DNA of 64,000 nt from the human T2T-CHM13v2.0 reference genome, Homo sapiens, in assembly GCF_009914755.1 (NCBI RefSeq), contig NC_060926.1. One strand, given 5' to 3'. The position numbers and the translations under genes were made by a program. The notes beneath the pieces are model-generated. The model saw only the letters and a program-made list of their open reading frames with translations. It searched no databases and was not told where the DNA came from. Every line of letters starts with the position of its first letter. Positions within the stretch are counted from its first letter, which is position 1. Shown piece by piece: positions 13,090 through 30,200 of the stretch.

Positions 13090-14149
13090 TAATTATACAT
13101 TTTTAATCCTTTAAAACATTTCCTTACATTAATACGTCCTTCAGGTTAATTTTTATACTAGTTTGTCTTATGGTCTGTCTGTTTTTTCCCAAATGTCTAG
13201 TAATCCTTGGTTATGTATTTATATTTATGATAGAAAGATTGTTGCTTAATGGGTAGTTGGGTAGACTTCCTCAGTCAGTACAGAACTGAATGAGAGCTGA
13301 GAATGCATCTGTTTATGTGGTTAGGTCTCATCTATTAGAAGTCTTCATATTAGGATACAAATAGGAATCTGAAAGCAGGCAGACCCCTTCCTTCGACCCC
13401 TGATGGTCTCACCTCTGGGCTGCCAGCCCCTACACAAGAGCCTCAGCCTGCACAATTTGGATTGCTTAGTTTCTTCAGAGAGTATTTCTGTGACTTCAGC
13501 CTATGAACAAATGCCATCTGTACAGTTCTTCAATCAGTGACTTCAATTCCTGAATTCCTGTCCCTCATCTTACTTCTGTTCTGGATTGCTGCTGACTTGG
13601 AAGAGTTCATCCAAGAGGAAAGGCTCCCTGCTCCTTGCAGCCTTCCTTAGTGGATGCATCAGGCAGTGGCATTTCTGCGAGTTCATCCAATTTGACTTCT
13701 TCCATCTTTCAGAAACTAATTAGGACCTTTGGTCTATTGGTATCCCTCCCTCCAAGGCTTAGGACTTGGAGGAATATATTCTTTTTCTTACTGCCACTAC
13801 GATCTGTTTTAGGACTAGGAGCAAAAACTTGCATTCAGCCTAAGATTTTGATGAAGAGAGGAGATTTACTCATTCAATTTTACAGTTGGCTGGAGTATCT
13901 CTTCAAATTTTTTAATTTTGTGGGGGTTCTATTTTAGAACCCTATGTATCTAAGAATGTCTTTCTGTTGTTTTCATATCAGCAAAAATTCTTAGTTGTGT
14001 ATAAAATTCTTAGCTCAAAATTACTCTCAAAATTCAGGACATGTCTCTCCATAGCCTATTTCAGTAGAGAATTTGAGGCCAGCCAGATGTTTTCCTTCCA
14101 GGCCGTACCCCTTCACCCTTTGTTTCTGCTAAGAAATATGTTAGATTTA

Positions 14150-14300
14150 ATTTAATTTAATTAATTTATTTTTAAATTTCCATTTTTATTTTAGATTCAT
14201 GTAGTACATGTGCAGGTTTATTACAAAGATATATTGCATGATGCTGAGGTTTTGGGCTTCCAATGATCCTGTCACCCAGATAGAGAACATGGCACCCAAT
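14150..14300 (-). mobile_element. Short L1 3' end (L1PA15/16-like)
   Basis: 'gtacatgtgcaggtttattacaaagatatattgcatgatgctgagg'; near-TSD atatgttagattt/atatgtaagattt. Confidence 0.75.
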
Positions 14301-14511
14301 ATATGTAAGATTTTTTAACCTCATTTAACCGTTCAAACATTTTAGCATGTAAAAATGAGGTGTGGGTCTTTCTTAAAGTTACTTTCCCTGGAATGCAATT
14401 GTGTTCACCTGCAAAACTTGGCATGCTGTAGGCACTCATTAATAGCAAGTAGATAAATTAATTAATAAATTATTTCAATTTGAAATCTCAGTTTCCATTT
14501 TTTAGGAATGT

Positions 14512-14808
14512 CTTCTTTTTTCTTTTTTATTTTTTGAAACAGAGTCTTGCTCTGTCATCCAGGCTGGTGTGCAGTGGCACAATCATAGCTTGCTGCAGCC
14601 TTGAAATGGGCTCAAGTGAAGTGATCCTCTGACCTCAGCCTCCTGAATAGTTAGGACTACAGGTGGGCACCACCACATCTGGATAATTTTTATTTCAGAT
14701 GAGGTCTGACTATGTTGTCCAGGCTGGTTTGGAACTGCTGGCCTCAAGTGATTCTGCTTCAGCCTCCTAAAACACTGGGATCACACGCATAAGCCACTGG
14801 GCCCAGCC
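14512..14808 (-). mobile_element. Alu (AluJ)
   Basis: 'acagagtcttgctctgtcatccaggctgg...gcacaatcatagct'. Confidence 0.85.
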
Positions 14809-15137
14809 TTTATTAAGTTTTTGATATTTCTTGTTTTTCAGTTATTCTGGTTTCTCTCCCATAAGCTGTTATAATTCTTGGTTTGTTCTCTTAGTCACTG
14901 ATTTGGTTTTATACAATGTGCTTCTGTTATTTATTGCCTCTGTTGTGGGTTTAAATCCTCTTATTGCATTATAGTGTCCTTGCCACCTTTCCTCAAGTTA
15001 TCATTTTCATCTCATTCTGTCATTCTTACATCTCAATCTTTCTTCTTATGGCTTTTTGTTCTGTTCCACAAAGGCTATGTCTCTAGACATTCTAATTAGA
15101 ATGACAATTTTAATAGTTTTCTTCTAGTTTTAGTAGT

Positions 15138-15522
15138 TGCCTTCGTTTGTGCTGCTGTAACAAAATATCCCAGACTGGGTAATTTGTAAGTAACAGAAAG
15201 AGTTCTAGATACTTGATGTCCAAGATCAAGATGCCAGGAGATTCAGTGTCTGGTCAGGGCTCTCTCTCTGCTTCCAAGATGTCACCTTGTTGCTGGATCC
15301 TCCAGATGAGGGGAGCACTGTGTCCTCACATGGCAGAAGGGACAGAAAAGCAAAAAAGGGCCTAGCTAGTTCACTCCAGCCCTTTCATAAGGTCGTTAAT
15401 CCCATTCATGGGGTCTTCATTCTCATGACTTAATTGCCCCTTAAATGTCCCACCTCTTAATACTGTCGTATTGGCAATTAAGTTTCAACACATGAATTTT
15501 GGGGGATGTTCAGATCATAGCA
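15138..15522 (-). mobile_element. MaLR solo LTR (MSTD-like)
   Basis: 'tgctgtaacaaaatatcccagactgggtaatt...aagtttcaacacatgaattttggggg...catagca'; near-TSD gtagt/gtaga. Confidence 0.8.
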
Positions 15523-16049
15523 GTAGAAAATCATCTTCAGAGGTGTTTAGTTTTTCTCCATGTGTTACTTTTTCTGGTTCTGTAGTAATTGTTCATAAAT
15601 ACCATTTCTTACCCTTCTGCTTTCTCACCTCAAACAAAGAGGGATCTATACAGAGTCAGTTTTTATCTGCAGAGAGCTCAGACCTCAGCTTCGTAGTCTG
15701 CCTACTTTGGTATGGATCACATCTTCTTCTCACTGGGGTTTGGGTGTGCACAGCCCCTACACCTAGTCCTGGTATTATCAGGGCTTCCTCTATTATACTT
15801 CTCTTGGCTGGATTGGGATTCTCGCTTTCCTTCTCTGCTTGAACTAGTAGTCCCCTGAGTGCATTTACACTGGGTTTCTACTTTTCTTTATTCTATCCTC
15901 AATGTTTCAGTTGAGGGGACTTCATCTCTCAGAATTTAATATGCTACCTCACTACCTTGAATTCCTCTGTCTTCTCCCTAGCTGTTATTTGGGGGTTACT
16001 TGAGTCATTTGATCCTTGAGCCTTCAATCATCTGTACGAACATTAATTT

Positions 16050-16375
16050 AATTTGTACACCCGTGTTTATAGCAGTATTCATAAAAGTTGGGAGCAACCC
16101 ATATGTTCACGAATGAATGAATAGATAAACAAAATGTGGTATATACATAAAATGGAATATCAGTCAGCCTTGAGAAGGAAGGAAATTCTGACACATGCTA
16201 TAAGATGGGTGAGCTTTAAGGACGTCATTATGCTAAGTGAAATAAGCCAGGCACCAAAGGACAAATACTGAATGATTCCACTTACATGATGGACCTATAG
16301 TAGGCAAATTCATAGAGGTAGGAAGTGGAATGCTGGTTGACAGGGGCTGGAGGTGGGGATTAAGGAGTTATTATT
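16050..16375 (+). mobile_element. L1MB-type 3' fragment
   Basis: 'aaacaaaatgtggtatatacat...gaaattctgacacatgcta...tgctaagtgaaataagccag'. Confidence 0.75.
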
Positions 16376-17068
16376 TCTAACAAAATTGAGATAGAGGAAA
16401 CCCAATGTAGCTACTTTTGACTGGTACTATTGTTTCTGGGATGTACTGTGGAGAGATACAGGTGAAATAGAAGGCACACACCTCGCACTGGAGAATCTTT
16501 TATATGCTTGGGAAAACAGGATATACATGTTTAGAATAAATCAGACCTAACTGTGCACCTGTGGCAAGTGCCTAACCTCCCCAAATCTATATTTCCTTAC
16601 CCGTAAAATGTGTATACTATAGTGGGTACAGGGGCTAGGATCAATACCTTCATTGTGGAGTTGCAGTAAAAATAAATTGATGTATAGGTAAAATAGCTAC
16701 ATTTGGCACACAGTAGGTGCTCAACTATTGTTATTTTCCTTTCCCTTAAGAAGTGAGATTAAACAATGAGAAAAGCTAGAACTTAAACCAAACATTTCAC
16801 TAAGACTAGAGCATAATACTCTTTCTCCTAAAAGGCAAATGTTCTGAAATGAAGGAGGCAGAACTAACATCATCTATGAGTGCATTTCACTATGGATTCT
16901 TGCCTGTGTGGGCAGATTGATGATTATCTCTAAATATGTGAGAATACTAATATATTACACAATTGCAGGTTGTAATGCTTATTTGATTAATTCTGTCAAC
17001 TTATGCTTTAAATGTACAGTAAAGTATCTGTTATCTAAGCTTACATTTACCAAGTATGCATGTGCGCA

Positions 17069-17102
17069 CATGCACACGCACACACACACACACACACACA
17101 CA
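17069..17102. repeat. (CA)n microsatellite
   Basis: Direct reading. Confidence 0.95.
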
Positions 17103-17279
17103 AATTTTTCTGCTTTGATGATTCAAAGGCTCATATAAAATCATTTTTTAATAATTTGATGAGGCATAAACTACTGTGGTCTTTTTGGGTATGAATTTAT
17201 AAGGAGCAGGGAATTTAATAATGATTATAATTCTTATGCTCCATCAAGACCCTTTCCTTGGGTTGGATGTCCTTTCACA

Positions 17280-17475
17280 AGTTTCTGTATTATCCTGTGT
17301 ATATATCTATTATTTCACCTCCAAGTTGTATTTAAGTCCTTATGTGTCTATTTCTCTCCATGGATTGTGAACCCCTTGAGAGCAAGACTGTCTTATGCAT
17401 TTCTATATCTAGACCATCCTGTATAACACCTGATCATAGTTAGGTGATCAGTAAATGTTTATTGAGTTAAATTGA
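17280..17475 (+). mobile_element. L2 3' end
   Basis: 'ttgtgaaccccttgagagcaagactgtctt...cagtaaatgtttattgag'. Confidence 0.7.
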
Positions 17476-17739
17476 GCCTTGGCAAATTTTACTTGGCAAA
17501 TTCTTGATGTTAACTTTCTTCCCTTTCTCCCGATGTTAAAGAGAATTATCACTACTCTATACAAATCAAGCTAAAACCTTAAGTTGGATACCAATGACTA
17601 TAAATCAAATGACTCAAGTAACCTTGGGGTACAAGAATATTTTTTCACTAGTTAGAAATGTTGTTCAGAATGTTCCAAATATCATTCATGTTGATGATAC
17701 CTTTTTTCCTCTCAGCCTCCCCAAAAGAGCAGTTGAGTA

Positions 17740-18050
17740 CAGACAGCCCCAACTTATAATGGTTTGACTTATGATTTTTTTGACTTTATGATGATGTGAA
17801 GACAATATGCATTCAGTAGAAACATACTTCAGTACAGTATTCAACAAATTACATAAGATATCTAACAGTTCATTATAAAGTGGGCTTTGTGTTAGATGAT
17901 TTTGCCCAACTGTAGGCTCACGTGTTTTGAGCATGTTTAAGGGAAGCTAGGCTAAGGTATAACGTTTGGCAGGTTAGGGGTATTAAATGCATTTGCAACT
18001 TATGATGAGTTTTTTGGGTTGTAACCACATCATAAGTTGAGGAAAATCTG
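17740..18050 (-). mobile_element. MER47A (TcMar-Tigger) MITE
   Basis: TIR-like ends 'cagacagccccaacttata' / 'cataagttgaggaaaatctg', flanked by TA on both sides. Confidence 0.8.
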
Positions 18051-18906
18051 TATATGGATTTATTGTGCTTCTAAAAGATCAATTTCAGAGCTTCAGGATC
18101 ATGACATGGCATAGTCTACATTGTGAGACCACATTAGATAAGGTCTTTTAGGCTTTTCTGTAATAAAATCCCACAGGATAATGTTCAGGCTAGAAGCACC
18201 TCCTCCTCAATTCTGCTCACTTCTTACCAGTATTGTAGAGAGATTCTAGAGTCCTGACACTGAGGAAAACTCAGGACATTGTGATTCCTCCTTTTCTGTT
18301 ACTTCCCTTGCAGAATAGGAGATCTTGACATGGAGGGGCATGAGATAATGTTTGGTGACAGAATTATGAGGAGTGATGTCTAGGTGGCTGATTTTTGGCA
18401 TAGGAGCTGAGACTGTAAAAAGCCATCAATAAGGCCTTTTTTTCATTTCTTTTTTTCAACAACAAGCAAATATTAACCTGCAAAATTGAACAACAACAAA
18501 AAAATCTTAACAAAATCAAAAACATCTCCCCACCCCAAGCAACCTAGTTTTAAACTGATAAAAGCGAGATATACTGGGTTTCGGCATTGGCAAAGAAATA
18601 ACTTGTTTCATCAACATCTGTAGCAAGAAGGGCGAGCAAAATAGAATCCACCTTTGTAGTGTCTGGTAGATGTCTTAGAGGAATTTACTATTAAACTGTA
18701 GGTAGGAACTTTCATAAATCCCAACCTGCCAGCCTTTTGACCCCCAGATTGACTAAATGGATTCAACTCAGAGAAATGAGGCAATTTCTTCTGAGAATGC
18801 AATTTAGGGACGTAGCCAGTACAATCCTGGAGACAAGGGTTATTTACTGCATGCCATTGCACAAACAAATCACAATTGATCAAGGGGGAAAAATTCTATC
18901 AACAAC

Positions 18907-19170
18907 TCAAATAAAGATGCAGGAAAGGGTAAGGGTTAGATAGCAAGAGGAAATAATCCATCTTTGCTGGAGAACACTGGGATTTAATAAATGACAAAAT
19001 AAAAATTCCAGACTGTTGTCCTGTCTTAGCAAACGGTATACCAGGAGATTATATGCAGCACCTGGCTCAGTGGTGGGTTCCACACCCATGGAGCCTTGCT
19101 CACTGCTAGCACAGCAGTCTGAGATCGACCTGCAAGGTGGCAGCCTGGCAGGGGGAGGGGCGTCTGCCAT
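18907..19170 (-). CDS. L1 antisense ORF0 (50 L1-derived codons) reading through the TSD into 37 flank-derived codons; expression unknown
   Basis: ORF track 18907..19230 contains MADAPPPARLPPCRSISDCCASSEQGSMGVEP...EPGAAYNLLVYRLLR, homologous to primate L1 ORF0 (MAGAPPPASLPPCSLISDCCAS...). Confidence 0.55.
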   Translation of the reverse strand: MADAPPPARLPPCRSISDCCASSEQGSMGVEPTTEPGAAYNLLVYRLLRQDNSLEFLFCHLLNPSVLQQRWIISSCYLTLTLSCIFI

Positions 19171-19769
19171 TGCTGAGGCTTGAATAGGTAAACAAAGCAG
19201 CTGGGGAAGCTCAAACTGGGCGGAGCCCACTGCAGCTCAGCAAGACCTGCTGCCTCTGTTGACTCCAGCTCTGGGGGCAGGGCATAGCTGAACAAAAGGC
19301 AGCAGAAACTTCTGCAGGCTTAAATGTCCCTGTCTGACGGCTCTGAAGAGAGCAGTGGTTCTCCCAGCACGGCATTTGAGCTTGGAGAACGAACAGATTG
19401 CCTCCTCAAGTGGGTCTCTGACCCCGTGTAGCCTAGCTAGGAGACACCTCCCAGTAAGGGCTGACTGATACCTCATACAGGTGGGTGCCCCTCTGGGATG
19501 AAGCTTCCAGAGGAAGGATCAGGCAGCAATATTTGCTGTTCTGCAATATTTGCTGTTCTGCAGCCTCTGCTGCTGATACCCAGGCAAACAGGGTCTGGAG
19601 TGGACCTCCAGCAAACTCCAACAGACCTGCAGCTGAGGGACCTGACTGTTAGAAGGAAAACTAACAAACAGAAAGGAATAGCATCAACATCAACAAAAAG
19701 GACATCCACACCAAAACCCCTTCTGTAGATCACCAACATCAAAGACCAAAGGTAGATAAAACCACAAAG

Positions 19770-20790
19770 ATGGAGAGAAACCAGAGCAGAAAAGCTGAAA
19801 ATTCTGAAAACCAGAGCACCTTTTCTCCTCCAGAGGATTCCAGCTCCTTGCTAGCAACGGAACAAAGCTCAATGGATAATGATTTTGATGAGTTGGCAGA
19901 GGTAGGCTTCAGAAGGTCAGTAATAACAAACTTGTCCAAGCTAAAGGAGGATGTTCGAACCCATTGCAAGGAAGCTAAAAACCTTGAAAAGAGATTAGAC
20001 AAATGGCTAACTAGAATAAACAGTGTAGAGAAGACCTTAAATGACCTGATGGAGCTGAAAACCATGGCACGAGAACTGTGAGACGCATGCACAAGCTTCA
20101 GTAGCCGATTTGATCAAGTGGAAGAGAGGGCATCAGTGATTGAAGATCAAATTAATGAAATAAAGCAAGAAGAGAAGTTTGGAGAAAAAAGAGTAAAAAG
20201 AAATGACCAAAGCCTCCAAGAAATGTGGGACTATGTGAAAAGACAAACCTATGTTTGATTGGTGTACCTGAAAGTGACAGGAAGAATGGAACCAAGTTGG
20301 AAAACACTCTTCAGGAGATTATCCAGGAGAACTTCCCCAACCTAGTGAGGCAGGCCAACATTCAAATTCAGGAAATACAGAGAACACCACAAAGATACTC
20401 CTTGAGAAGAGCAACCTCAAGACACATAATTGTGAGATTCACCAAGGTTGAAATGAAGGAAAAATTGTTAAGGACAGCCAGGGAGAAAGGTCCGGTTACC
20501 CACAAAGGGTAGCCCATCAGACTAACAGCAGATCTCTTGGCAGAAACTCTACAAGCCAGAAAAGAGTGGGGGCCAATATTCAACATTCTTAAAGAGAAGA
20601 ATTTTCAACCCAGAATTTCATATCCAGCCAAACTAAGCTTCATAAGTGAAGGAGAAATAAAATCCTTTACAGACAAGCAAATGCTGAGGGATTTTGTCAC
20701 CACGAGGCCTGCCTTACAAGAGCTCCTGAGGGAAGCACTAAACATGGAAAGGACAACTGGTACCAGCCAAGGCAAAAACATGCCAAATTG
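19770..20790 (+). pseudogene. L1 ORF1p, disrupted
   Basis: Three ORF1 fragments (19770-20081, 20225-20512, 20537-20803) separated by stops/frameshifts. Confidence 0.92.
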
Positions 20791-20856
20791 TAAAGACCAT
20801 TGATGCTAGGAAGAAACTGTATCAACTAATGGTCAAAATAACCAGCTAGCATCATA

Positions 20857-24646
<3,790 letters not shown>

Positions 24647-25544
24647 ACAATGAGAACACTTGGACACAGGTCGGGGAGTATCACACACTGGGGCTTGTTG
24701 TGGGGTGGGGGGCTGGAGGAGGGATAGCATTAGGAGAAATACCTAATGTAATGATGAGTTAACGGGTGCAGCAAACCAACATGGCACATGTATACCTATG
24801 TAACAAACCTGCACGTTGTGCACATGTACCCTAGAACTTAAAGTATAATAAAAAAAAAAATTCCAGACTGTTGTCATATAGGTGGCGTAGGGTCAGCAGT
24901 GATGTATCCCTAGAGCTTTTTAAGACAAGCTAGAAAAAGCAACCATACATTGGTGAGACGAGATATCTTCAGACACATCTTAAAAAAACAAAGCCCCAAA
25001 TCAGAAGAGTGGGGTATGGGTGTAGCCTGAAAGGTGGGTTAATATGGACAAAGACTGCTCTCAAGAGAGAGACTATTGCCATGGGTTTAGAGAGAGGGTA
25101 TGCAAGGATTTAGAATTTGTTGGTTTACACATGCTGTGCAAATAGAGACAGAACATCTAGGGAATTTTAGCTATCCAGGCTTTTTTGAAAAGTGTGCTCT
25201 GTGCTCTGTTTTGGGAAAGGCTTTATGAGGCTTCACCATGACCTTGGCTGCCTGCAGTGGCTGGTGCCTGAGACATTTATGTCTGGGAAGGCCTTATTCA
25301 TCTCACCCTGTCAATTAACCAACCAGGATTTACTAATTATTTCCTATGTATTATTACTCACGATTATAGCATTCCCTCCCTCCAACTGAAGACTTTCAAC
25401 TTGACTGCTGTTCTCAGTGTAAACTTTAAGACATTAAGCATAATTTTTTTGAATGTTTAGATTTTTTAGTGTAGTGTCTTCGAAAAGCACTTCAAGAAGT
25501 ATTCCCACACAAACATTTTTACCTCCATAAAACCAATTTTTAAA

Positions 25545-26020
25545 TGATTCATTTGTTTATTATTTTACAAACATATGTCAAGTAGCTGTTGAGTAGTCAG
25601 ACTATATTAGAGAATAGGGATATAGAGATAAAAGACAGAGGAGGTAATGATCCAGTATGGGAGGTGGACATTTACAGTGGAGTTTGAGAAATGTTCTGAT
25701 AGAATAGAGCAGAGGGTGCAGAGGGGAGGGAAATGTAGCTGAAATTCCTCTGGGAAGGGTGTTTTCAGAAAAGGTGATCTCTCAGCTAGGTTTAGAGGAT
25801 CAAGTAGGAGTTAGGTGCAGATGGGATGGAAGGATATATAGAGGGAACCACTCACATTAATTGAATCAGTAATCACTGAACATCTGGTGTATACTAGCCA
25901 GTCTTCCAAGTACTGGACATACAGTATCTGCCTTCATGAAGTTTATGTTCTAGTTAAAGGGTGAAGATGGGTAGACAACAATGAGTATCTAAATAAATAA
26001 ATGATAAAATTTAGTTAAAA
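25545..26020 (-). mobile_element. L2 3' fragments; the second continues at ~31790-32410 after the MLT2/L1 insertion
   Basis: 'ctgccttcatgaagtttatgttctagtt' and the later 'gatgaggtcagagaggg...aaagatcactctggttg'. Confidence 0.6.
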
Positions 26021-26414
26021 GTGTGATGGTTTTTTAAAATTTGTATATATATTTTATATATTTAGGGGTACAAGGGTAGGTTTCTTGTATGCATATATTG
26101 CATAGTAGTGAAGTCTGGGCTTTTAGTGTACCTACCACCCAAATAGTGAACACTATATCCAATAGATAATTTTTCAACTCTCACTCCATTCCCACCCTCC
26201 CACATTTTGTAGCCTCCAATGTCTATGATTCTATTCTGTATGTCCAGGTGTACCTATTGTTTAGCTCCCACTTACAAATGAGAACATGTAGTATTTGACT
26301 TTCTGTTCCTGAGTTAATTTACTGAAGATAATGGCCTCCAGTTCCATCCATGTTGCTGTAAAAGATGTGTAAAAGATGTGATTTTATCTTTTTTTATGGC
26401 TCAGTAGCATTTGT

Positions 26415-26720
26415 GGTATATATATATATACACACACACTATATATATATATATATAGTATAATGATATGTATATACTGTATATACTGTAATATGTAGTG
26501 ATATATATACATATATACTATGTGTGTATATGCGCATATATACTGTGTGTATATGCGCATATATACTGTGTGTATATGCGCATATATACTATGTGTATAT
26601 ATATCACTATATTTACAGTATATACATATATATTTCACTTTTTAAAAGATTTATGTTATAGTGATATATATATAGTAGTTTATATAGTGATGGTGTATGT
26701 ATGTATATGTATACAAGTTA
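26415..26720. repeat. TA-rich simple repeat containing a 23-bp minisatellite (catatatactgtgtgtatatgcg)
   Basis: Two exact units at 26535-26580 plus variant units at 26510-26534 and 26581-26600. Confidence 0.9.
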
Positions 26721-27233
26721 TAATTTGACAAGAATAATTTGATCTCTTCTTTTCCAATTTGGATGCCTTTTATTTTTTTCCCTTGCTTGATTGCTGTGGT
26801 GAGGACTTCCATACTACGTGAAATAAGAGTGTTTAAAGTGGGCATTTTTGTCTTATTCCAGTTTTTGGAGTAACTGTTGTCAACTTTTTCCCATTAAGTA
26901 TGACGTTGACTGTTGGTTTGTCATATATGGCCTTTATTATGTTGAGGTATATCCCTTCTATGCCTAGATTGTTGAGAATTTTTATTGTGAAGAGATACTG
27001 AATTTTATCAAATACTTTTTCTGCATCTATTGGGATTATCTTATGGTTTTTGTCCTTAATTCTGTTCATGTGATGTATTGTGTTTACTGATTTGCATATG
27101 TTGAGTCATCCTTGCATCCTCAGGATAATTCTACCTGATTATGGTGTATTATCTTTTTGATGTGCTGTTGGATTCAATTTGCTAGTATTTTTTTGAGTAT
27201 TTTATGTGTATGTTCATCAGAGATATTAGTCTG

Positions 27234-27269
<36 letters not shown>
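27234..27269. repeat. (TG)n microsatellite inside L1 ORF2
   Basis: Direct reading. Confidence 0.95.
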
Positions 27270-27271
<2 letters not shown>

Positions 27272-30200
27272 TTGTCTGGTTTTGGCATCAGGGTGATATT
27301 GGTCTCATAGAATAAGTTAGGGGGAATTCCCTCCTTCTTGATTTTTTTTGAAATAGTTTCAGGAGGATTGGTATTAGTTCTTTGTATATTTGGTAGAATT
27401 TGGCTGTGAATCTGTCTGGTCCAGAGCCTTTTTTTTTTCTTTAAATTGGAAGATTTTTTATTGCTGATACAATCACTACTCATGTGTTCCATGTGTGGAT
27501 GAAAAGAATGTATACCCTGCAGTTATTGTGTAGAATGTTCTGTAAATGTCTGTTAAGTCCATTTGGTCTAAAAGTCCAATTTAAGTCCAATGTTTCTTTG
27601 TTCATTTTCTGTGTCAATGATCTGTCTAGTGTTGTGAGTGGAATGTTAACCCCTCATCACACACTATTATTACACAGCTGTCTATCTTCTTTTTTTAGGT
27701 CTAGTAATATTTATTTTGTGTGCTCCAATTTGGGTGCTCCAATGTTGGGTGCATATATATTTAGGTTTTGTTACATCCTTTTATTGAATTGCATCCTTTA
27801 TCATTATATAATGACCTTGTTTGTCTTTTTTTTTCTTTTTTTAATTAAAAGTCTGTCTTACCTCATATAGGTATCTGACTTTGATTTAAAGTTTGTCTTA
27901 TCTGCTCACTTTTGGTTTCTGTCCATGTGAAGTATCTTTCTCCATTCCTTTACTTTCAGTCTATACATGTCTTTAAGGGTAAGTTGAATTTCTTGTATGC
28001 AACATATAGTTGGATCATGTTTTTTAATCCATTCTGCCCATCTGTATATTTTAAGTGGAGCACTTAATCTATTTATACTCAAGGTTAATATTGATATGTA
28101 AAGCTTTGTTCCTGTCATCATATTGATTTTTTTCAAGTTGCTTTATAAATTGTTTCTTTCTTTTTCAGTGTCTTTTTGTTTTTGTGGTTTGATGAAATTC
28201 TGTGTTGTTGCCATTGGTTTCCTTCCTCTTTCCCCTTTGTGTCATTGTTTTATATAAACTGTGAGTTTTATAATTCCGGGTTTTCATGAGGGTGAATGTC
28301 AACTTTTTGTTTCCATGTTTAAGACTGCTTTGAGCATTTCCTCTAGGAACAGTCTAATGGTGACTAATTCCCTTAGCATTTGCTTGTCTGGGAAGAACTT
28401 TATTTCTCCTTTGTTTATGAAGCTTATTCTGACAAGCTACAAAATTTTTTGCTAACAGTTTTTTCTTTCAGCACTTTGAAAATTCCACCTCATTCTCTAC
28501 TTGCTTGTAAGATTTCTGCTGAAAAGTTCACTGTTAGTCTGATGGGGTTTCCTTTGTAGGTGACTAGACACTTTTCTCTTGCTAATTTTAAAATTCTTCC
28601 TTTCACTTTGACTTTAGACATTCTGAATATTCTCTCTTCCCCCTCAGAAATACTAGTAATTGTATGTTCAGTTACTTTATGTAGTCTCAAACATTTCACA
28701 GGTTTTTAAAATTCTTTTCAGTTCTTTTGCTTTTATTTTTGTCTGACTGGATTATTTCAAAATACCTCTCTTCAAGTTCTGAGATCCTTTCTCCTGCTTG
28801 GCCTTGTCTGTTATTGAAGTTTATCAATGTATTTTGCATTTCCTTCAATGAATTTTTTACTTCCAGAATTTCCTCTTGGTGTCTTTAAAAACATGTCTTA
28901 TCTCCTAGATACATTTCTCATACATATGCTGGATTTATTTTCTGATTTCTTCATATTTGTTTTGAGATTTCTCTTGAATCTCATTAAGCTTCATTAAAAT
29001 CAATATTTTGAGTTTTTTATTTGGCATGCAAGGAATTCTTTTTGATCGAGGTCTACTGCTGGAAAATTGTGGTCCTTTGGTGGTGTCATATTTCCCTGCT
29101 TTTTCATGTTTCTTGTGTCTTTCTGTTGATTTCTGCACATCTGATGTAGCACTTGCTTATTGCAATTTTTTGAAATTGCTTTTGTATGGGTGAATTTTTT
29201 CCTAATTAAGTATATGTGTTGTTGATTAAGATATTTTGTCTTTGATTTTGAGTGTCTGAGGCAATGTGATCTTTGTATTACCTCTTTGACATTACCCTCG
29301 TCAGTGGTCTCTGTGATTTTCTCAGTGACTTAGGGTATACTTGTTAGTTGAGGTTGTGATGAAGTTTACCTGGGGACTTAGACACCAACTGAGCCAGTCT
29401 TTGGGCCCCAGTAGTGGCAGAAGTTGGGTGGGTGTGCTTGTGTCTAGACCCCACAGCAGCTGATATTGGCTTGGTATTAGTAGGTCCTGGAGCACTGATT
29501 CTTGAGCAGCTCCAGGTGGTTTGCTTAGAAGGTAGTGGTAGGAGAGATGGGCCTAGTGTGGGGGTGCATCCTCAGGTCCCTGGGCAGCTAGTATTGTGTG
29601 GGTAATGGCAGTAGTGGTAGTGGAGCAACCCAATGGGACCCAAGCACACTGTGTTGATGTTACTGGAAGTTGTGATGGATTGGGTGGTATAATCTCCAAT
29701 CCCATAGCTACCCATAGCAGGGTGGTTGGTATTGTCCTAAGTGTGCTTAGGAGCATTGGTTGTCCCCTGTTCCTCCACAAGCTGGGTGGTGGCTGCAGTC
29801 ACATCATCTCAAAGTTGGCCTGAATGTGGGGCATAGCCCAGTGTTAAACTCTCAAAATGGTGCCAGCTGTGGGCTTGTGGTCAGAGAGGGCGGGGTCCCT
29901 CTCAGGCGAGCAGCATGGGCAAGAAGCTGTGGGGAGTGCTGTCAGCATGAGTGTCAGTTTCACAGCAGCCCACAACAGGGCATTGGGTATTGTCCTAGGT
30001 ACGCATAGGAGAGCCTGGCTTCCCTGTCTCTCCTCTACAGGGAGGCAGCCACAACCATGTCAGGTCAAACTTGGCCCACAGGTAGGATGTAACCCAGCAT
30101 TACACTCACAAATGGTGCATGGGGCCTGTGACCAGGGAGGATGTGACTCCTCCTAGGCAGGCAGCATAGCATCGGCCAGAAGCTGTGGGGACTGTGGTTC

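Noticed and set aside
19526-19560. Tandem 'gcaatatttgctgttct' duplication in the L1 5' UTR
   Set aside because: Part of the normal older-L1PA 5' UTR as I recall it (the ZNF93-targeted segment later lost), not a locus-specific event.
26510-26600. CRISPR-like regular repeats
   Set aside because: Head-to-tail minisatellite with no spacers, in primate DNA.
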